A stretch of 64,000 nt of DNA from Anaerolineales bacterium. GTDB taxonomy: Bacteria > Chloroflexota > Anaerolineae > Anaerolineales > Villigracilaceae. The translations under genes were made by a program, and so were the position numbers. The stretch lies in the NCBI GenBank assembly GCA_035515435.1, contig DATJBI010000067.1:32788-96787 (forward strand), written 5' to 3'. Of the stretch, positions 50,211-60,246 are shown in pieces (position 1 is the first letter of the stretch; each line of letters starts with the position of its first letter). A model generated the notes under the pieces. It did not search any database. It was not told the DNA's origin and saw only the letters and a list, made by a program, of their open reading frames with translations.

Positions 50211-50945
50211 TCAATCTCCGCGTCCGGGCCTCTGGCCCAAAATGGCCTGCCCGACTCGAACCAGGGTTGCACCCTCCTCCACTGCGACGGGGTAGTCCGC
50301 GCTGGTGCCCATCGAGAGTTCCCGCCACTCGACGTGCGGCACATGCCTTGCGAGAAAATCCTGCAGGCGCCGCAAGCGCTGAAAATATGGACGCGCGGCT
50401 TCCGGGTCGGGGACCAGAGGCGGCATCGTCATCAAGCCGCGCACCTGCAGGTGCGTCAGCGCGGCGACCGCCCGGACCTCGTCCAGCCAAGCCGTCCAGC
50501 GCGTCTCATCCGAAGCGGGCCAGCCGGATTTGCTGGGCTCCTCGCCGACGTTGAACTCCAGCAAAACGGGCAGCCGGCGGTTGAATTCGGCGGCAAAGCG
50601 GTCAACGCGTTCAGCCAGCTTGAGGCTGTCGAGGGATTGGAAAAGGGCAAAGTGCTCGGCCACGAGGCGCGCCTTGCGGCTCTGCACGTGGCCAATGATA
50701 TGCCATTCTACCGCAGTTTGAGATTTCAAGTCCGTTATCTTTTGAACAGCTTCTTCAGGATAATTTTCGCCGAGGATCTGCGCACCGGCTTCGATCGCGG
50801 CCCGGACCACCTCCAGGGGCTGAAGTTTGGTCACCACCACCAGCCGAACGGAGTCGGGCGCGCGCCCGGCGTTGTGCGCCGAGGCGGCGATCGTATCCAG
50901 GGTTTGCTGATAACGGGCACGGATGGATGGGACCAGGCCGGACAT
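50211..50945 (-). CDS. yggS: YggS-family pyridoxal-phosphate homeostasis protein
   Basis: Track ORF to 51014. ATG 50945 gives a typical 244 aa: VRLVVVTKLQP, HIIGHVQSRK, LSMGTSADY. Confidence 0.9.
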   Translation of the reverse strand: MSGLVPSIRARYQQTLDTIAASAHNAGRAPDSVRLVVVTKLQPLEVVRAAIEAGAQILGENYPEEAVQKITDLKSQTAVEWHIIGHVQSRKARLVAEHFALFQSLDSLKLAERVDRFAAEFNRRLPVLLEFNVGEEPSKSGWPASDETRWTAWLDEVRAVAALTHLQVRGLMTMPPLVPDPEAARPYFQRLRRLQDFLARHVPHVEWRELSMGTSADYPVAVEEGATLVRVGQAILGQRPGRGD

Positions 50946-51437
50946 CGAATTGATTATATCCAATGCAAAGGGCAAAAGGCTATGGGGCTGCGGGCGTTCT
51001 GCTTTCTCCAACAACTCTTTCCGACAGGTTTTTGGATTGCACGTGGCTGAAAATGCGGGAGGCGTTCAAAGCCAAGACCACCGGTTTGACATTGGCGCCC
51101 GCAGGTTCCCAACATCCTCAAATGGATGGACGGGACAGCCATGCAGGCGGTCGAAACCTCAAACAGCAGAAGCTCTATGAATGGCCCTGTTCGGCCGGCC
51201 GGGCATATTTGGGAGAGCAAAATCACGGCCGGCAGTTAAACACATGGCGGGGATCGGAATCAGGCCGGGTGACAGACGCCCCTGCCCAGCGGGCCGGATA
51301 CTGCCAGCGGCGCCCGGTTTCCGTCTCTTTCAAATGCGTAATTGCATAGGCAGGGATCATATACGCGAAGCTGCCGGCACCGGGCATGCCGCTTGCTGAG
51401 CGCAAGGAAAGAAGTGAACTCCTATCTGCCAACTTCC

Positions 51438-52220
51438 TCATGGTTGCAATCCAATTAACGCCCCGAATCGCCCTGTCTTGCCCCGCTCAGCGCGGTGGGA
51501 AAACCAATCGTCCAGGTGACAGGCGGTGCACAGCCCGGCCACCTCGATCTTTTCCACGCCGGATTTCTGCAACTGCATGAAGTTCGCAGACCATAGATCA
51601 AGATACGTTTTGCCGTTCCGGGTCTCGATCAGGCGTTCGGCCTCCGGCCCGAACGAGCTCTGCACCTGGGCAATCACGTCCGGGCCGACCTCGTAATGAT
51701 CCACACCGATCGCAGGGCCGATGGCCGCCAGGATATTCTCAGGCTGCGAGCCGTAATGGGCGCGCATCTTCGCGACCGCCGCGGCGGTCATGCCGCGCAC
51801 CGTTCCGAGCCAGCCGGCATGGGCCAGGCCGACCACGCCTTTCCTTGGATCGCAAAACAGGATCGGGACGCAGTCCGCGAAACGCATATACAAGGTGACT
51901 TCGGGTTTATCGGTGAAGATCGCGTCCGCTTGCAGCAACGGGTCCCTGGGATCGCGCGGCGCGTCCGCGATGACCGCCTGCGCCGAGTGAACCTGCCAGA
52001 CATCGTAGAGCGAGTCGATCCTGCGCCCGAGGGCGGCGAACGAGCGATAACGATTCTCGCGCACGCGCTGCACTTCATCGCCCACCGTCCCGCCGACGTT
52101 CAGCGAAGCCCACGGCTGCGGGCTGACGCCGCCCTGCCGCGTCAGGACCGCCTGCGTCACTTCGCGCGGAAACAGATCAAAAGTGTAATAACGAATTCCG
52201 TGGGTATGAGCAAAAGGCAT
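51438..52220 (-). CDS. pgeF: Peptidoglycan editing factor PgeF (YfiH/DUF152, laccase-domain protein)
   Basis: 260 aa; RFADCVPILFCD, GLAHAGWLGT, CTACH...FSHR. Confidence 0.9.
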   Translation of the reverse strand: MPFAHTHGIRYYTFDLFPREVTQAVLTRQGGVSPQPWASLNVGGTVGDEVQRVRENRYRSFAALGRRIDSLYDVWQVHSAQAVIADAPRDPRDPLLQADAIFTDKPEVTLYMRFADCVPILFCDPRKGVVGLAHAGWLGTVRGMTAAAVAKMRAHYGSQPENILAAIGPAIGVDHYEVGPDVIAQVQSSFGPEAERLIETRNGKTYLDLWSANFMQLQKSGVEKIEVAGLCTACHLDDWFSHRAERGKTGRFGALIGLQP

Positions 52221-52271
52221 GGGTCGGTTCCGTTGTCACGGCGGGTCTGCGGGAAGGAATGACGGGATATC

Positions 52272-53273
52272 TTATTTCGCCACCGCGAACTTCTTGATCA
52301 GGACTTCGCGGGTATCCTTGATCGACTCTTCAAGTGCGGGGAATGCAAACCAGGCGGTCATGAAACCGAACAGGCCGCCGGTCAGCACGCGCATGAACGG
52401 CGTGCTTTCGTAATAGGGCAGATACGTCGCCAGCCACGGCCAGTTGAACTGGCTGAGCAGTTGATAGAAACCATCAATACCGATCGGGACGATGCCGATC
52501 AGGAACCATAATATCCAATGCAGTGCGGGGAGCCAGCGTCGCGCGACTCCGTAGATCAGGCCAAAGAGAACGATGGCCGCGTAGATCGCCACATCGCGTT
52601 CGCAGAACGCAACCTTATAGCCGAGCGCTGCATTGCCGATGAACTGGCGCGCGTACAGGCGCGAGACACTGAAGGGGTTGGCCAGATCCTGAAATCCGGT
52701 CACCTGTTCAAGCGTCTTGACCCCGGCCACGCCGGCTTCCTTCAGCGGATAATACGGCTGTTCGCCAAATAGGAAGAACGAACGGAATGCGAACTGATGG
52801 CAGAGCGGGCTGTAAATGGTGTAAATGATTTTCGCCGGAAGCTCGGCGCCGATCTTCATCAGAGTGGGCGCCAGGAAGGGCAGGCCGACATAAATGAAAA
52901 CAATCCCATTGATGAGGGCCAGATAGTGCTGGGTGATCCAGAAATAAATGCGGTCGCTCCTGGAAATCGTCTCCCCCTTGCGAAGGCGCTCCTGATATTT
53001 TTCACCGCCCATTTTTTCCAGCTGGCCGCGGCGGTCATTGGCCGCCCCCAGGGTCATTTCCAGGGCCTGGGGCGTGATCGGCGCCCTGAGTTTATACGGG
53101 CCGATCTCCAGCACCGGAATCTGATCGCCGTATTTTTCCTTTAATGCGGGATCCGAATCAATATCCACTTCGGCCAGATGATGCGGAAATCTATGCTCCA
53201 GCTCTTGCAAATCCTTTTTTGCTTGATCACACAATTCACAGTGTTCGCGCCGATAAAGAGTTACGTTGAGCAT
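52272..53273 (-). CDS. Glutaredoxin-like (CxxC) domain fused to DUF2085-like membrane domain
   Basis: ATG 53273: MLNVTLYRREHCELCDQAK...IPVLEI (thioredoxin-fold), then polytopic region SPLCHQFAFRSF. Confidence 0.7.
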   Translation of the reverse strand: MLNVTLYRREHCELCDQAKKDLQELEHRFPHHLAEVDIDSDPALKEKYGDQIPVLEIGPYKLRAPITPQALEMTLGAANDRRGQLEKMGGEKYQERLRKGETISRSDRIYFWITQHYLALINGIVFIYVGLPFLAPTLMKIGAELPAKIIYTIYSPLCHQFAFRSFFLFGEQPYYPLKEAGVAGVKTLEQVTGFQDLANPFSVSRLYARQFIGNAALGYKVAFCERDVAIYAAIVLFGLIYGVARRWLPALHWILWFLIGIVPIGIDGFYQLLSQFNWPWLATYLPYYESTPFMRVLTGGLFGFMTAWFAFPALEESIKDTREVLIKKFAVAK

Positions 53274-53283
53274 GCTGCCTCGA

Positions 53284-54009
53284 TCAGATCCCAAAGTTGA
53301 AATAGAAGAATTGACCGCGCTGAGCGATCAACTCGAACAGGCCCGTCAATAGCATTACGCCCACCACCACCAGGATCACGCCCATCGCGATCTCCACATA
53401 ATGCATGACCTTGTTGTATCTCCGCAGGACCGCGGTCACCCAGCCGATGCCCAGCGCCGCGGCCAGAAACGGAATGGCCAGGCCGGCAGAATAGGATGAA
53501 AGCAGTTTTACGCCCAGGGAGACCGAGCCGCCGTTGATCGCAAACGTCAGGATCGTGCCCAGCACCGGACCAACACACGGCGACCACCCTGCCGAGAAGA
53601 ACACGCCCATCAGCGCGGAGGAGAGATAGCCCAGCTTCGGATCGGGCAGTTCATGGACGCGGGCATCGTATTCCAAAAACGGAATGCGAAAGACTCCGAT
53701 CATGTGCAGGCCGAATATAATGACGATCACTCCGCCGATCTTCGCCAGCCAGCTGCGGATCTCAAAAAGCAATCCGCCTGCCGCGGAGGCGGCCACCCCC
53801 AAGACAATGAAGACCACACTGAAGCCCAGCACAAAAGCCAGGCCATGGCTAAACGTGATCCAGCGATTCGAGGCGTTGCTTTCGCCGCCGGCGGCCCGTC
53901 CACTGAGATACCCGATATAGGCCGGGACCAGGGAAAAAACACAGGGGGAAAGAAAAGAGGCAAGTCCGGCCAGGAATGCCAGGCCAATCGTGACTTCCGA
54001 AATATCCAT
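53284..54009 (-). CDS. ccdA: Cytochrome c biogenesis / thiol-disulfide electron transfer protein CcdA (DsbD-family)
   Basis: 241 aa polytopic; FLSPCVFSLVP and GWSPCVGPVLG conserved Cys motifs. Confidence 0.9.
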   Translation of the reverse strand: MDISEVTIGLAFLAGLASFLSPCVFSLVPAYIGYLSGRAAGGESNASNRWITFSHGLAFVLGFSVVFIVLGVAASAAGGLLFEIRSWLAKIGGVIVIIFGLHMIGVFRIPFLEYDARVHELPDPKLGYLSSALMGVFFSAGWSPCVGPVLGTILTFAINGGSVSLGVKLLSSYSAGLAIPFLAAALGIGWVTAVLRRYNKVMHYVEIAMGVILVVVGVMLLTGLFELIAQRGQFFYFNFGI

Positions 54010-54017
54010 CGCGGCAC

Positions 54018-55172
54018 TTATCCTGTCTTCGTTGTATACAGATCACTGACCGCTACCGGCGTGCCGACGTTGGGCCACTGCATCTGGATCTCGCTTTGGT
54101 CCAGGGAAACAAACGGCGAGGTCCAGCGGAAGATCCATTGCGCATCCTGGGGGGTCACGTTGATGCAGCCATGCGATTTCTGGCTGCCAAAATAGTTATG
54201 CCAGAAGACCCCGTGGATGGCTGCGCCCACGTTCAGATTGAAAAACGTCGGCCACGGAACCGCCATCGTATCATAGCCGTTATCGCTGCCTCCTGCTTTT
54301 CCCAAACTGGCGGACATGTGGATAGAGAACATCTTTCTGGCCACATCCTGATCGCCGACGGGCGTGGAATACTGAGCCTGGTCATCGCCGCTCGAAATCC
54401 TGCAGAAGTAGACCTCGTTCTTGCCCTCGAAGCAGGAAAGGGTTTGATGCTGCGGGGTGGCGTCCACGGTGATCTTCTTGGTGGCCGGATCGACATTGGG
54501 GTTGATCGGTGAAACATCGTCCGCCGTCAGCGGACGGAATGCAGCCGCGTCGGCCAGGAACACATCGCCGTATCCGTAGCCATGACCGGGTGACTCATTA
54601 AAGCGATAAACGACTTTGCCGGTCGAATCCGTGCCGACCTGATCCAGCCAGACCACCTGACTATAATACAACCGCACCGGCTGAGCGTGCTCCATCAGAA
54701 ATTTTATGGCCGGGGCGATCGGCTGATTTTGGATCTTCAAGTCAACGTAGGGAACCGTCACCTCGGCCCAAAAGCCCCCCTTGCCTGCCGGAACGGAGGA
54801 GAGGGGAGTGTTCGGCAGATTGCGAACAGGCTGAACGTGCGGCAGATACAGATATCCATCCGGTGTCTCCACCCACTGCCGGCTGATGCCTCCCGTGTCT
54901 GTCGTGCCCACGACCTCCCGCAGCCAGACCACAACTTCATCCTGCCCGACATTTCGAACGGCCGCAGCATTTTCGTTCGGGCTTGTCCGCAGCACCGTGG
55001 AATTGAAATAGGGGGTCACCGCAATCCTGCCCAAATGATCTCCGGGCGGAAATTGTGCCAGGGCCGGAACGCCCAATTCGCGCGCCCCCGCAAACGGATT
55101 GAAGACAAGGGTGCCCGCGCTGAAACCAGCCAGTTTCAGGAAGTCGCGGCGCGACAAGTAATCAAATTTCAT
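54018..55172 (-). CDS. L,D-transpeptidase (YkuD) with Tat signal peptide
   Basis: SRRDFLKLAG twin-arginine motif. Catalytic HGVFWH...SHGCINV. Confidence 0.88.
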   Translation of the reverse strand: MKFDYLSRRDFLKLAGFSAGTLVFNPFAGARELGVPALAQFPPGDHLGRIAVTPYFNSTVLRTSPNENAAAVRNVGQDEVVVWLREVVGTTDTGGISRQWVETPDGYLYLPHVQPVRNLPNTPLSSVPAGKGGFWAEVTVPYVDLKIQNQPIAPAIKFLMEHAQPVRLYYSQVVWLDQVGTDSTGKVVYRFNESPGHGYGYGDVFLADAAAFRPLTADDVSPINPNVDPATKKITVDATPQHQTLSCFEGKNEVYFCRISSGDDQAQYSTPVGDQDVARKMFSIHMSASLGKAGGSDNGYDTMAVPWPTFFNLNVGAAIHGVFWHNYFGSQKSHGCINVTPQDAQWIFRWTSPFVSLDQSEIQMQWPNVGTPVAVSDLYTTKTG

Positions 55173-55320
55173 GTTCCTTCACCTTTGCTGCTTCTTGGAA
55201 TGGTCTTGAATGCGGTGTGACGGGTCAAAGGCATCAAAGACTTTCGCGGATTCAGATCAGCTCGACGTGCTCCGTAAAAAGATTGAGCAAGGATACTCGT
55301 AAAGAGGCGCGCCGTCAAAC

Positions 55321-55361
55321 CCCTCCCGCCCTTCCCGCCTTGCAAGGGGATTTGGGGAGGG
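55321..55361. repeat. Imperfect GC-rich palindrome sharing the TTGGGGAGGG core with 13025-13061
   Basis: CCCTCCCGCCCTTCCCGCCTTGCAAGGGGATTTGGGGAGGG. Confidence 0.35.
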
Positions 55362-55385
55362 TGCGGCGCGGCCGAGCCGCAGGGG

Positions 55386-56060
55386 TCATTCAAAAAATTC
55401 CTCCAGCGCACGCAGGCAATTCGCGCTGAGCTTGTGCCCGACTTCATCTTCACAGAATGTGACGGAGGCACCTGCACGTTCCAGCATTTCGACGGATCGC
55501 CGCGCCTGTTCGATCTGGACCATTTCATCCAGCGTTCCATGGGCGACGAAAAACGGCCTGCCGCTCAACGGACGTTTCTCGATCAACGGTTCTGATCCGG
55601 CCGGAAGGAAACCCGCCAGGACACCCGCGCGGCGGATGCGTTCGGGATGGAGCAAAGCGATGGCATTGGTCAACGCCGCGCCCTGACTGAAGCCGATCAC
55701 ATCGAATCGATGCGCATCGAGTTCATTTTGCGCGGCGTACTCATCAACGAGCGCGATCAGGGCCTCGGCGGAAGGACGAAAATCTTCGAGGCGGGGTGCG
55801 CGGCGCCCGCCGGGCTGCGCGTGTTGAGGGGCCGCCGGCCCACGCCAGGAATATCCTCCCGGCTGACCGGCATGAGGCGCGCGCGGTGCGATGGTCCAGT
55901 AATCCAAAGCCAGGTTCCGCATGAAAACCCACATCGAATTTTCATCGCCGGTCCAGCCATGCAGGAGAAGCAATACACGCGCAGGTTTCTGCGCCGCGGG
56001 TCGCACGCGCAGCGTCCAGTTCCCGAACCCGATCAATTGCGTATCATTTGGAACCCGCAT
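55386..56060 (-). CDS. Alpha/beta hydrolase (phospholipase/carboxylesterase family)
   Basis: 224 aa; LLLHGWTGDE, nucleophile elbow GFSQGA, HGTLDEMV. Confidence 0.85.
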   Translation of the reverse strand: MRVPNDTQLIGFGNWTLRVRPAAQKPARVLLLLHGWTGDENSMWVFMRNLALDYWTIAPRAPHAGQPGGYSWRGPAAPQHAQPGGRRAPRLEDFRPSAEALIALVDEYAAQNELDAHRFDVIGFSQGAALTNAIALLHPERIRRAGVLAGFLPAGSEPLIEKRPLSGRPFFVAHGTLDEMVQIEQARRSVEMLERAGASVTFCEDEVGHKLSANCLRALEEFFE

Positions 56061-56313
56061 TCTTCACAATCCAATCCATGCCAAATAACACCAGCAAAAT
56101 AAGGACGATCGGCACCAGCGCACCCAGCAGGCACAACAGGCCCATGACTGCCGCGCCCGGGCCGTAGATCAGCCAGATCAATCCAAGCCCCACGACAAAC
56201 AACAGGCCGAACGCACCCGCGGCAAGCTGAATGTTGGTTCGTCTCGCATATTGCCGCAGATCGCGTTTCAGGTTCCATCTCCAAGCAGCTGGCGGCGCAG
56301 GCGGTTCGGCCAC
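56044..56313 (-). CDS. Small hypothetical membrane protein (2 TM)
   Basis: 89 aa with two clear hydrophobic helices. Overlaps both neighbours, so the start is uncertain. Confidence 0.45.
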   Translation of the reverse strand: MAEPPAPPAAWRWNLKRDLRQYARRTNIQLAAGAFGLLFVVGLGLIWLIYGPGAAVMGLLCLLGALVPIVLILLVLFGMDWIVKNAGSK

Positions 56314-57167
56314 GTTGTAATGCGTTTGAGCTCGGGCAAAACCGCATCCATTGCGATCTCGCCGCGCCTGGCCACCTCATGCACATCCACGACATCCAAT
56401 AATCCAATATCCGCGACCTCAGGACGAATGATCACATCGGGCTTGTCAATCTTCAAGCGCAGGTCGGTCAACAGACGGTCGGACACATCCAGGGAGCGGA
56501 CGAACACGCTCAGCGCCTGCGTGATGCGCAGGTGGGTCAGCTGCTGAACGATCGGTTGAGGGATGGGCAGGCGAATGGAAGGCATGCGCGCCGGTTCGCC
56601 GAGGGGATCGGCCAAAACCACGGCCACGACGGGCAGATGAGGCGCAAGGGAGCGGGCGACCGAAACCGGGACCGGATCGAACGTGCCGCCATCCACCAAT
56701 TCCATTCCGTCCGCCCGAAACGGTGAGAAGATCGTGGGGATCGCGATCGTCGCGAGAATCGCGTCGCGCACGCGGCCCTCGGACAAGATCACCTCCTGGG
56801 CGCTGTTCAGATCGATGGCCGCCACCGCGAACGGAATCTTCAGATCGGCAAAGGTACGATCGCCAAGTGCGTCAATCAGCCATTGTTCAACGCCTGCCAG
56901 GCCATACAACGAGGCGTTATCCTGGGGGCGGCGCCCATACAAATGGTGTTGATCGGCGCGCGCAAAGAGCCCCTCCAATTCATCGACGGAATAGCCGGCG
57001 GCATAGACCGCGCCCACCACGCCGCCAAAACTGGTGCCGGCGATGGCGCTTACGCGAAACCCATGCTTTTCCAGCTGGCGCAAAACCCCAATATGCGAAT
57101 TGCCTTTCGCACCGCCGGCGCCTAATGCCAAAGAAATATCCATGCCATCATCCTGATTGACCGCCAA
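56268..57167 (-). CDS. Patatin-like phospholipase
   Basis: GAGGAKG oxyanion motif, GTSFG nucleophile, DGG. Confidence 0.9.
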   Translation of the reverse strand: MAVNQDDGMDISLALGAGGAKGNSHIGVLRQLEKHGFRVSAIAGTSFGGVVGAVYAAGYSVDELEGLFARADQHHLYGRRPQDNASLYGLAGVEQWLIDALGDRTFADLKIPFAVAAIDLNSAQEVILSEGRVRDAILATIAIPTIFSPFRADGMELVDGGTFDPVPVSVARSLAPHLPVVAVVLADPLGEPARMPSIRLPIPQPIVQQLTHLRITQALSVFVRSLDVSDRLLTDLRLKIDKPDVIIRPEVADIGLLDVVDVHEVARRGEIAMDAVLPELKRITTWPNRLRRQLLGDGT

Positions 57168-57187
57168 ACAAAAAACTTACCTGCAAA

Positions 57188-58345
57188 TTATACGCGTTCT
57201 GAAAGCACGCGTTGCAGTGCATTAATCAAAGCCTTAATATCGTCCGGCGTGTTGTAGGCCTGCACGGAAACCCGGATCAGCTTTTTCCCATCCCATTCAT
57301 GAAGCGGCACCTCGATCCGGTATCTGTCATGAAGCCGTCTCTGGAGCTGAGAGACATTGATCGAATCGGGCAGCGGCGCCGCAAACATTTGAACATACCA
57401 ACTGTCATCGGGATAAAAGGATGGGAGCGCGGTGAGCTGCTCGATCTGTTCCAGCGCCTCGCGCGCCAACGCATGGCAGGCGGCCCGGCGGCGACCCCAG
57501 GCATGTCTCTCCTGAAATCGGATCGCGGCCGGAACCGACAAGAATGCGGACAGATCGCGCGTTCCCATCCATTCATGGTAGTCAACCAGCGCCGAGCCAG
57601 TGGGGGTCTCCGTCTCATAACCCCACGAAACGACCAGCGGCTTGAGCAAATGCTGAACCTGCGGCCGCGCATACAAAAATCCCGCCCCCTTGGGCGCGCA
57701 CAGCCACTTGTGCAGATTGCCTCCGTAGAAATCCGCGCCGAGCGCATCCAGATCGAGATCAATTTGTCCAGGGGCGTGGGCTCCGTCCAGGATGGTGAGA
57801 ATGTTGTTTTCGCGCGCCCGGCGCAGCACGGCCGCAGTCGGAAACAGAATCGCCGTCGGCGAGGTAATATGGCTGAGAAAGATCACACGGGTCCGCGGGG
57901 TGATGCCCTGCCAGAGGTCATCCACGAACCGCTGCTCGCTCGAAAGCGGCAAAGAGATTTTTTGACGGATATACTTGAAACCCCGTTCGCCGGATAAGAA
58001 TCTCCAGGTTCGATCCAGTGCGCCATATTCATGATCGCTGGTTAAGACCTCATCGCCGGGGCACAGTTCGAGGGAACGCGCCACGATATTCAGGGCGATC
58101 GTGACGTTCTGAGTGTAGACCAGATTATCCGCCGCCGTACCCAGATATTTTCCAAGTTCGAGGCGTGAGGCCGCCATCAGTTGCGGGGCGCGCCGGCCCA
58201 GAAATTCGACGGGCTGCCGTTCCAGTTCGCGTTGCCAGTGCTGATAATCTTGAAAGACCGGCCTCGGCGTCGCGCCGAACGAACCGTGATTGAGAAAATG
58301 GATCTTTGGATCCAGGAGAAACTGATCCTGCAGGGAAGACATCAA
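57188..58345 (-). CDS. Aminotransferase class V (isopenicillin-N epimerase / cysteine desulfurase-like)
   Basis: 385 aa; LNHGSFG, SHITSPT, GNLHKWL (PLP Lys). Confidence 0.85.
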   Translation of the reverse strand: MMSSLQDQFLLDPKIHFLNHGSFGATPRPVFQDYQHWQRELERQPVEFLGRRAPQLMAASRLELGKYLGTAADNLVYTQNVTIALNIVARSLELCPGDEVLTSDHEYGALDRTWRFLSGERGFKYIRQKISLPLSSEQRFVDDLWQGITPRTRVIFLSHITSPTAILFPTAAVLRRARENNILTILDGAHAPGQIDLDLDALGADFYGGNLHKWLCAPKGAGFLYARPQVQHLLKPLVVSWGYETETPTGSALVDYHEWMGTRDLSAFLSVPAAIRFQERHAWGRRRAACHALAREALEQIEQLTALPSFYPDDSWYVQMFAAPLPDSINVSQLQRRLHDRYRIEVPLHEWDGKKLIRVSVQAYNTPDDIKALINALQRVLSERV

Positions 58346-58446
58346 GTTATTATAAGCCTAAGGTCGGGCCATAAATTTCGGAGCGGGCCCGGCCGGCGCG
58401 GAAGGGCCCCCGCCGCGTTTTCGCTTGAAACAGTATAATCGTCCTC

Positions 58447-59721
58447 GTGCTCTCTCGATTCTTTCCAAGTACTCTTCCAAAAGAACATCGCAGGAATTTC
58501 ATTCATCTTTATTTCGATATTGGGTGGTACGGCATCCTGGCAGGTTCTTCCGTCAATTTTCTCAATATCTATGCCACACGGCTGGGCGCGAATGGATTTG
58601 AAATCGGCTTGCTCACCGCGATGAGCGCACTGGTGAGCCTGACGCTCGCCATTCCTGCCGGGCACTGGATCGAAGGCCGTCCCATCGGCAAAGCCGTCTT
58701 CTGGTCCTCCGTCATATACCGCATTGGTTTCCTGCTCTGGATCCCGCTGCCCTGGCTGTTTGGACCTTCAGCACAGATCTGGGCTTTGATCGTTCTGGCC
58801 CTGCTGATGGCGATCCCCCTGACGCCGCTCTCGGTGGGTTTCAACGCGTTATTTGCCTCGGCCGTCCCAAATGAATACCGGGCCCATGTGGTCGGCATTC
58901 GCAACATCGTGCTCTCGATCACCTATATGATCTCGTCGATCGGCAGTGGCTACCTGCTGGGGCGCCTGGCTTTTCCCATTGGATATCAGGTCGTGTTTGG
59001 CATCGGATTCCTGGGCGCGGCGATGAGCAGCCTGCATCTTTATTTGATCAGGCCGGTGGTGGAACCGAACGTCAATGCGCTTCATGCAAAACCGGGGCCG
59101 GCGCCAAGACCCGCAGGAACAAACAAACGCTCAAGCTTTTTCTCGGCGATCCGCGCCGACATCTGGCAAACGCCGTTCCGGGTCGTTCTGTTTGCCCTGC
59201 TGCTTTTTCATCTGACCCAGAATCTTCCGCTGCCGATCTTTCCATTGATTCAGGTGAACGTACTGCATTTGACGGATAATCAGATCGGCATCGGCTCGGC
59301 GATATTCTATTTTATTCTGCTGATCGGCTCAACGCAGCTGCGAAGCATGGTCCAGCGGATCGGAAATCAAAAGGTGACGGCCATCGGCATCGTGGGCATG
59401 GCGCTGTATCCGATCGGTCTGGCCCTGTCAAGCACTGCCCTGCATTTTTATATAACCTCGGCGATCGGCGGACTCGCTTCTGCCCTGGCAACCGGCGCAT
59501 ACGCAAACTACCTTCTCGAACACATCCCCGCCGACGACCGTCCCGCGCACCTGGCTTGGTACAACATGGTCCTGAATTTATGCGTGCTGGTCGGTTCGTT
59601 GGCGGGTCCGTTGATCGCCAACGTGATCGGCTTGACGACCGCCTTGTTCATTTTTGCGGCGGCGCGCATCCTGGCCGGCCTGGCGATCTTCAAATGGGGC
59701 ACGCCTCCTGCAAGCGCATAA
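58447..59721 (+). CDS. MFS transporter
   Basis: 424 aa, about 12 TM helices. GTG start. Confidence 0.8.
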   Translation: MLSRFFPSTLPKEHRRNFIHLYFDIGWYGILAGSSVNFLNIYATRLGANGFEIGLLTAMSALVSLTLAIPAGHWIEGRPIGKAVFWSSVIYRIGFLLWIPLPWLFGPSAQIWALIVLALLMAIPLTPLSVGFNALFASAVPNEYRAHVVGIRNIVLSITYMISSIGSGYLLGRLAFPIGYQVVFGIGFLGAAMSSLHLYLIRPVVEPNVNALHAKPGPAPRPAGTNKRSSFFSAIRADIWQTPFRVVLFALLLFHLTQNLPLPIFPLIQVNVLHLTDNQIGIGSAIFYFILLIGSTQLRSMVQRIGNQKVTAIGIVGMALYPIGLALSSTALHFYITSAIGGLASALATGAYANYLLEHIPADDRPAHLAWYNMVLNLCVLVGSLAGPLIANVIGLTTALFIFAAARILAGLAIFKWGTPPASA

Positions 59722-59772
59722 TCCTTAGGGGCCGACCCGGGCACGGAGGCCGGGCTTGGCAATCGTGTTAAA

Positions 59773-60243
59773 ATGAAATACATGTCCGAGGATGTCAAGG
59801 TCGTTGCCACCAACCGCAAGGCTGGCTTTGAATATTTTCTTTTGGAACGCTTCGAAGCAGGGTTGTCCTTGCGGGGAAGCGAGATCAAGTCCATCCGCGC
59901 CGGGCAAATGAGCATCGTTGAATCTTACGTGGATATAGAAAACGGCCGAAATGCCTTTCTGGTGGAGGCGCATATCGCCCCCTATGAGCAGGCCAATCGC
60001 TTCAATCACGATCCCAAACGCAGGCGCCGCCTGCTGCTGCACCGAAAGGAGATCCGCGAGCTGTGGAACGGCGTCCGCCTGAAAGGGATGACGATCGTTC
60101 CGACCCGGGTTTATCTGAAAAATGGGCGCGCCAAGATCGAAATCGCTTTGGCGCGCGGCAAGAAATTGCACGACAAGCGCGAGGCGATTGCCAGACGCGA
60201 TGCCGAGCGTGAGGCCAAGCGAGATGCACATCCAGGGGTGTGA
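59773..60243 (+). CDS. smpB: SsrA-binding protein SmpB
   Basis: ATNRKAGFEYFLLERFEAGLSLRGSEIKSIR...HDPKRRRRLLLHRKEI. The start may be ATG 59782. Confidence 0.95.
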   Translation: MKYMSEDVKVVATNRKAGFEYFLLERFEAGLSLRGSEIKSIRAGQMSIVESYVDIENGRNAFLVEAHIAPYEQANRFNHDPKRRRRLLLHRKEIRELWNGVRLKGMTIVPTRVYLKNGRAKIEIALARGKKLHDKREAIARRDAEREAKRDAHPGV

Positions 60244-60246
60244 CTC

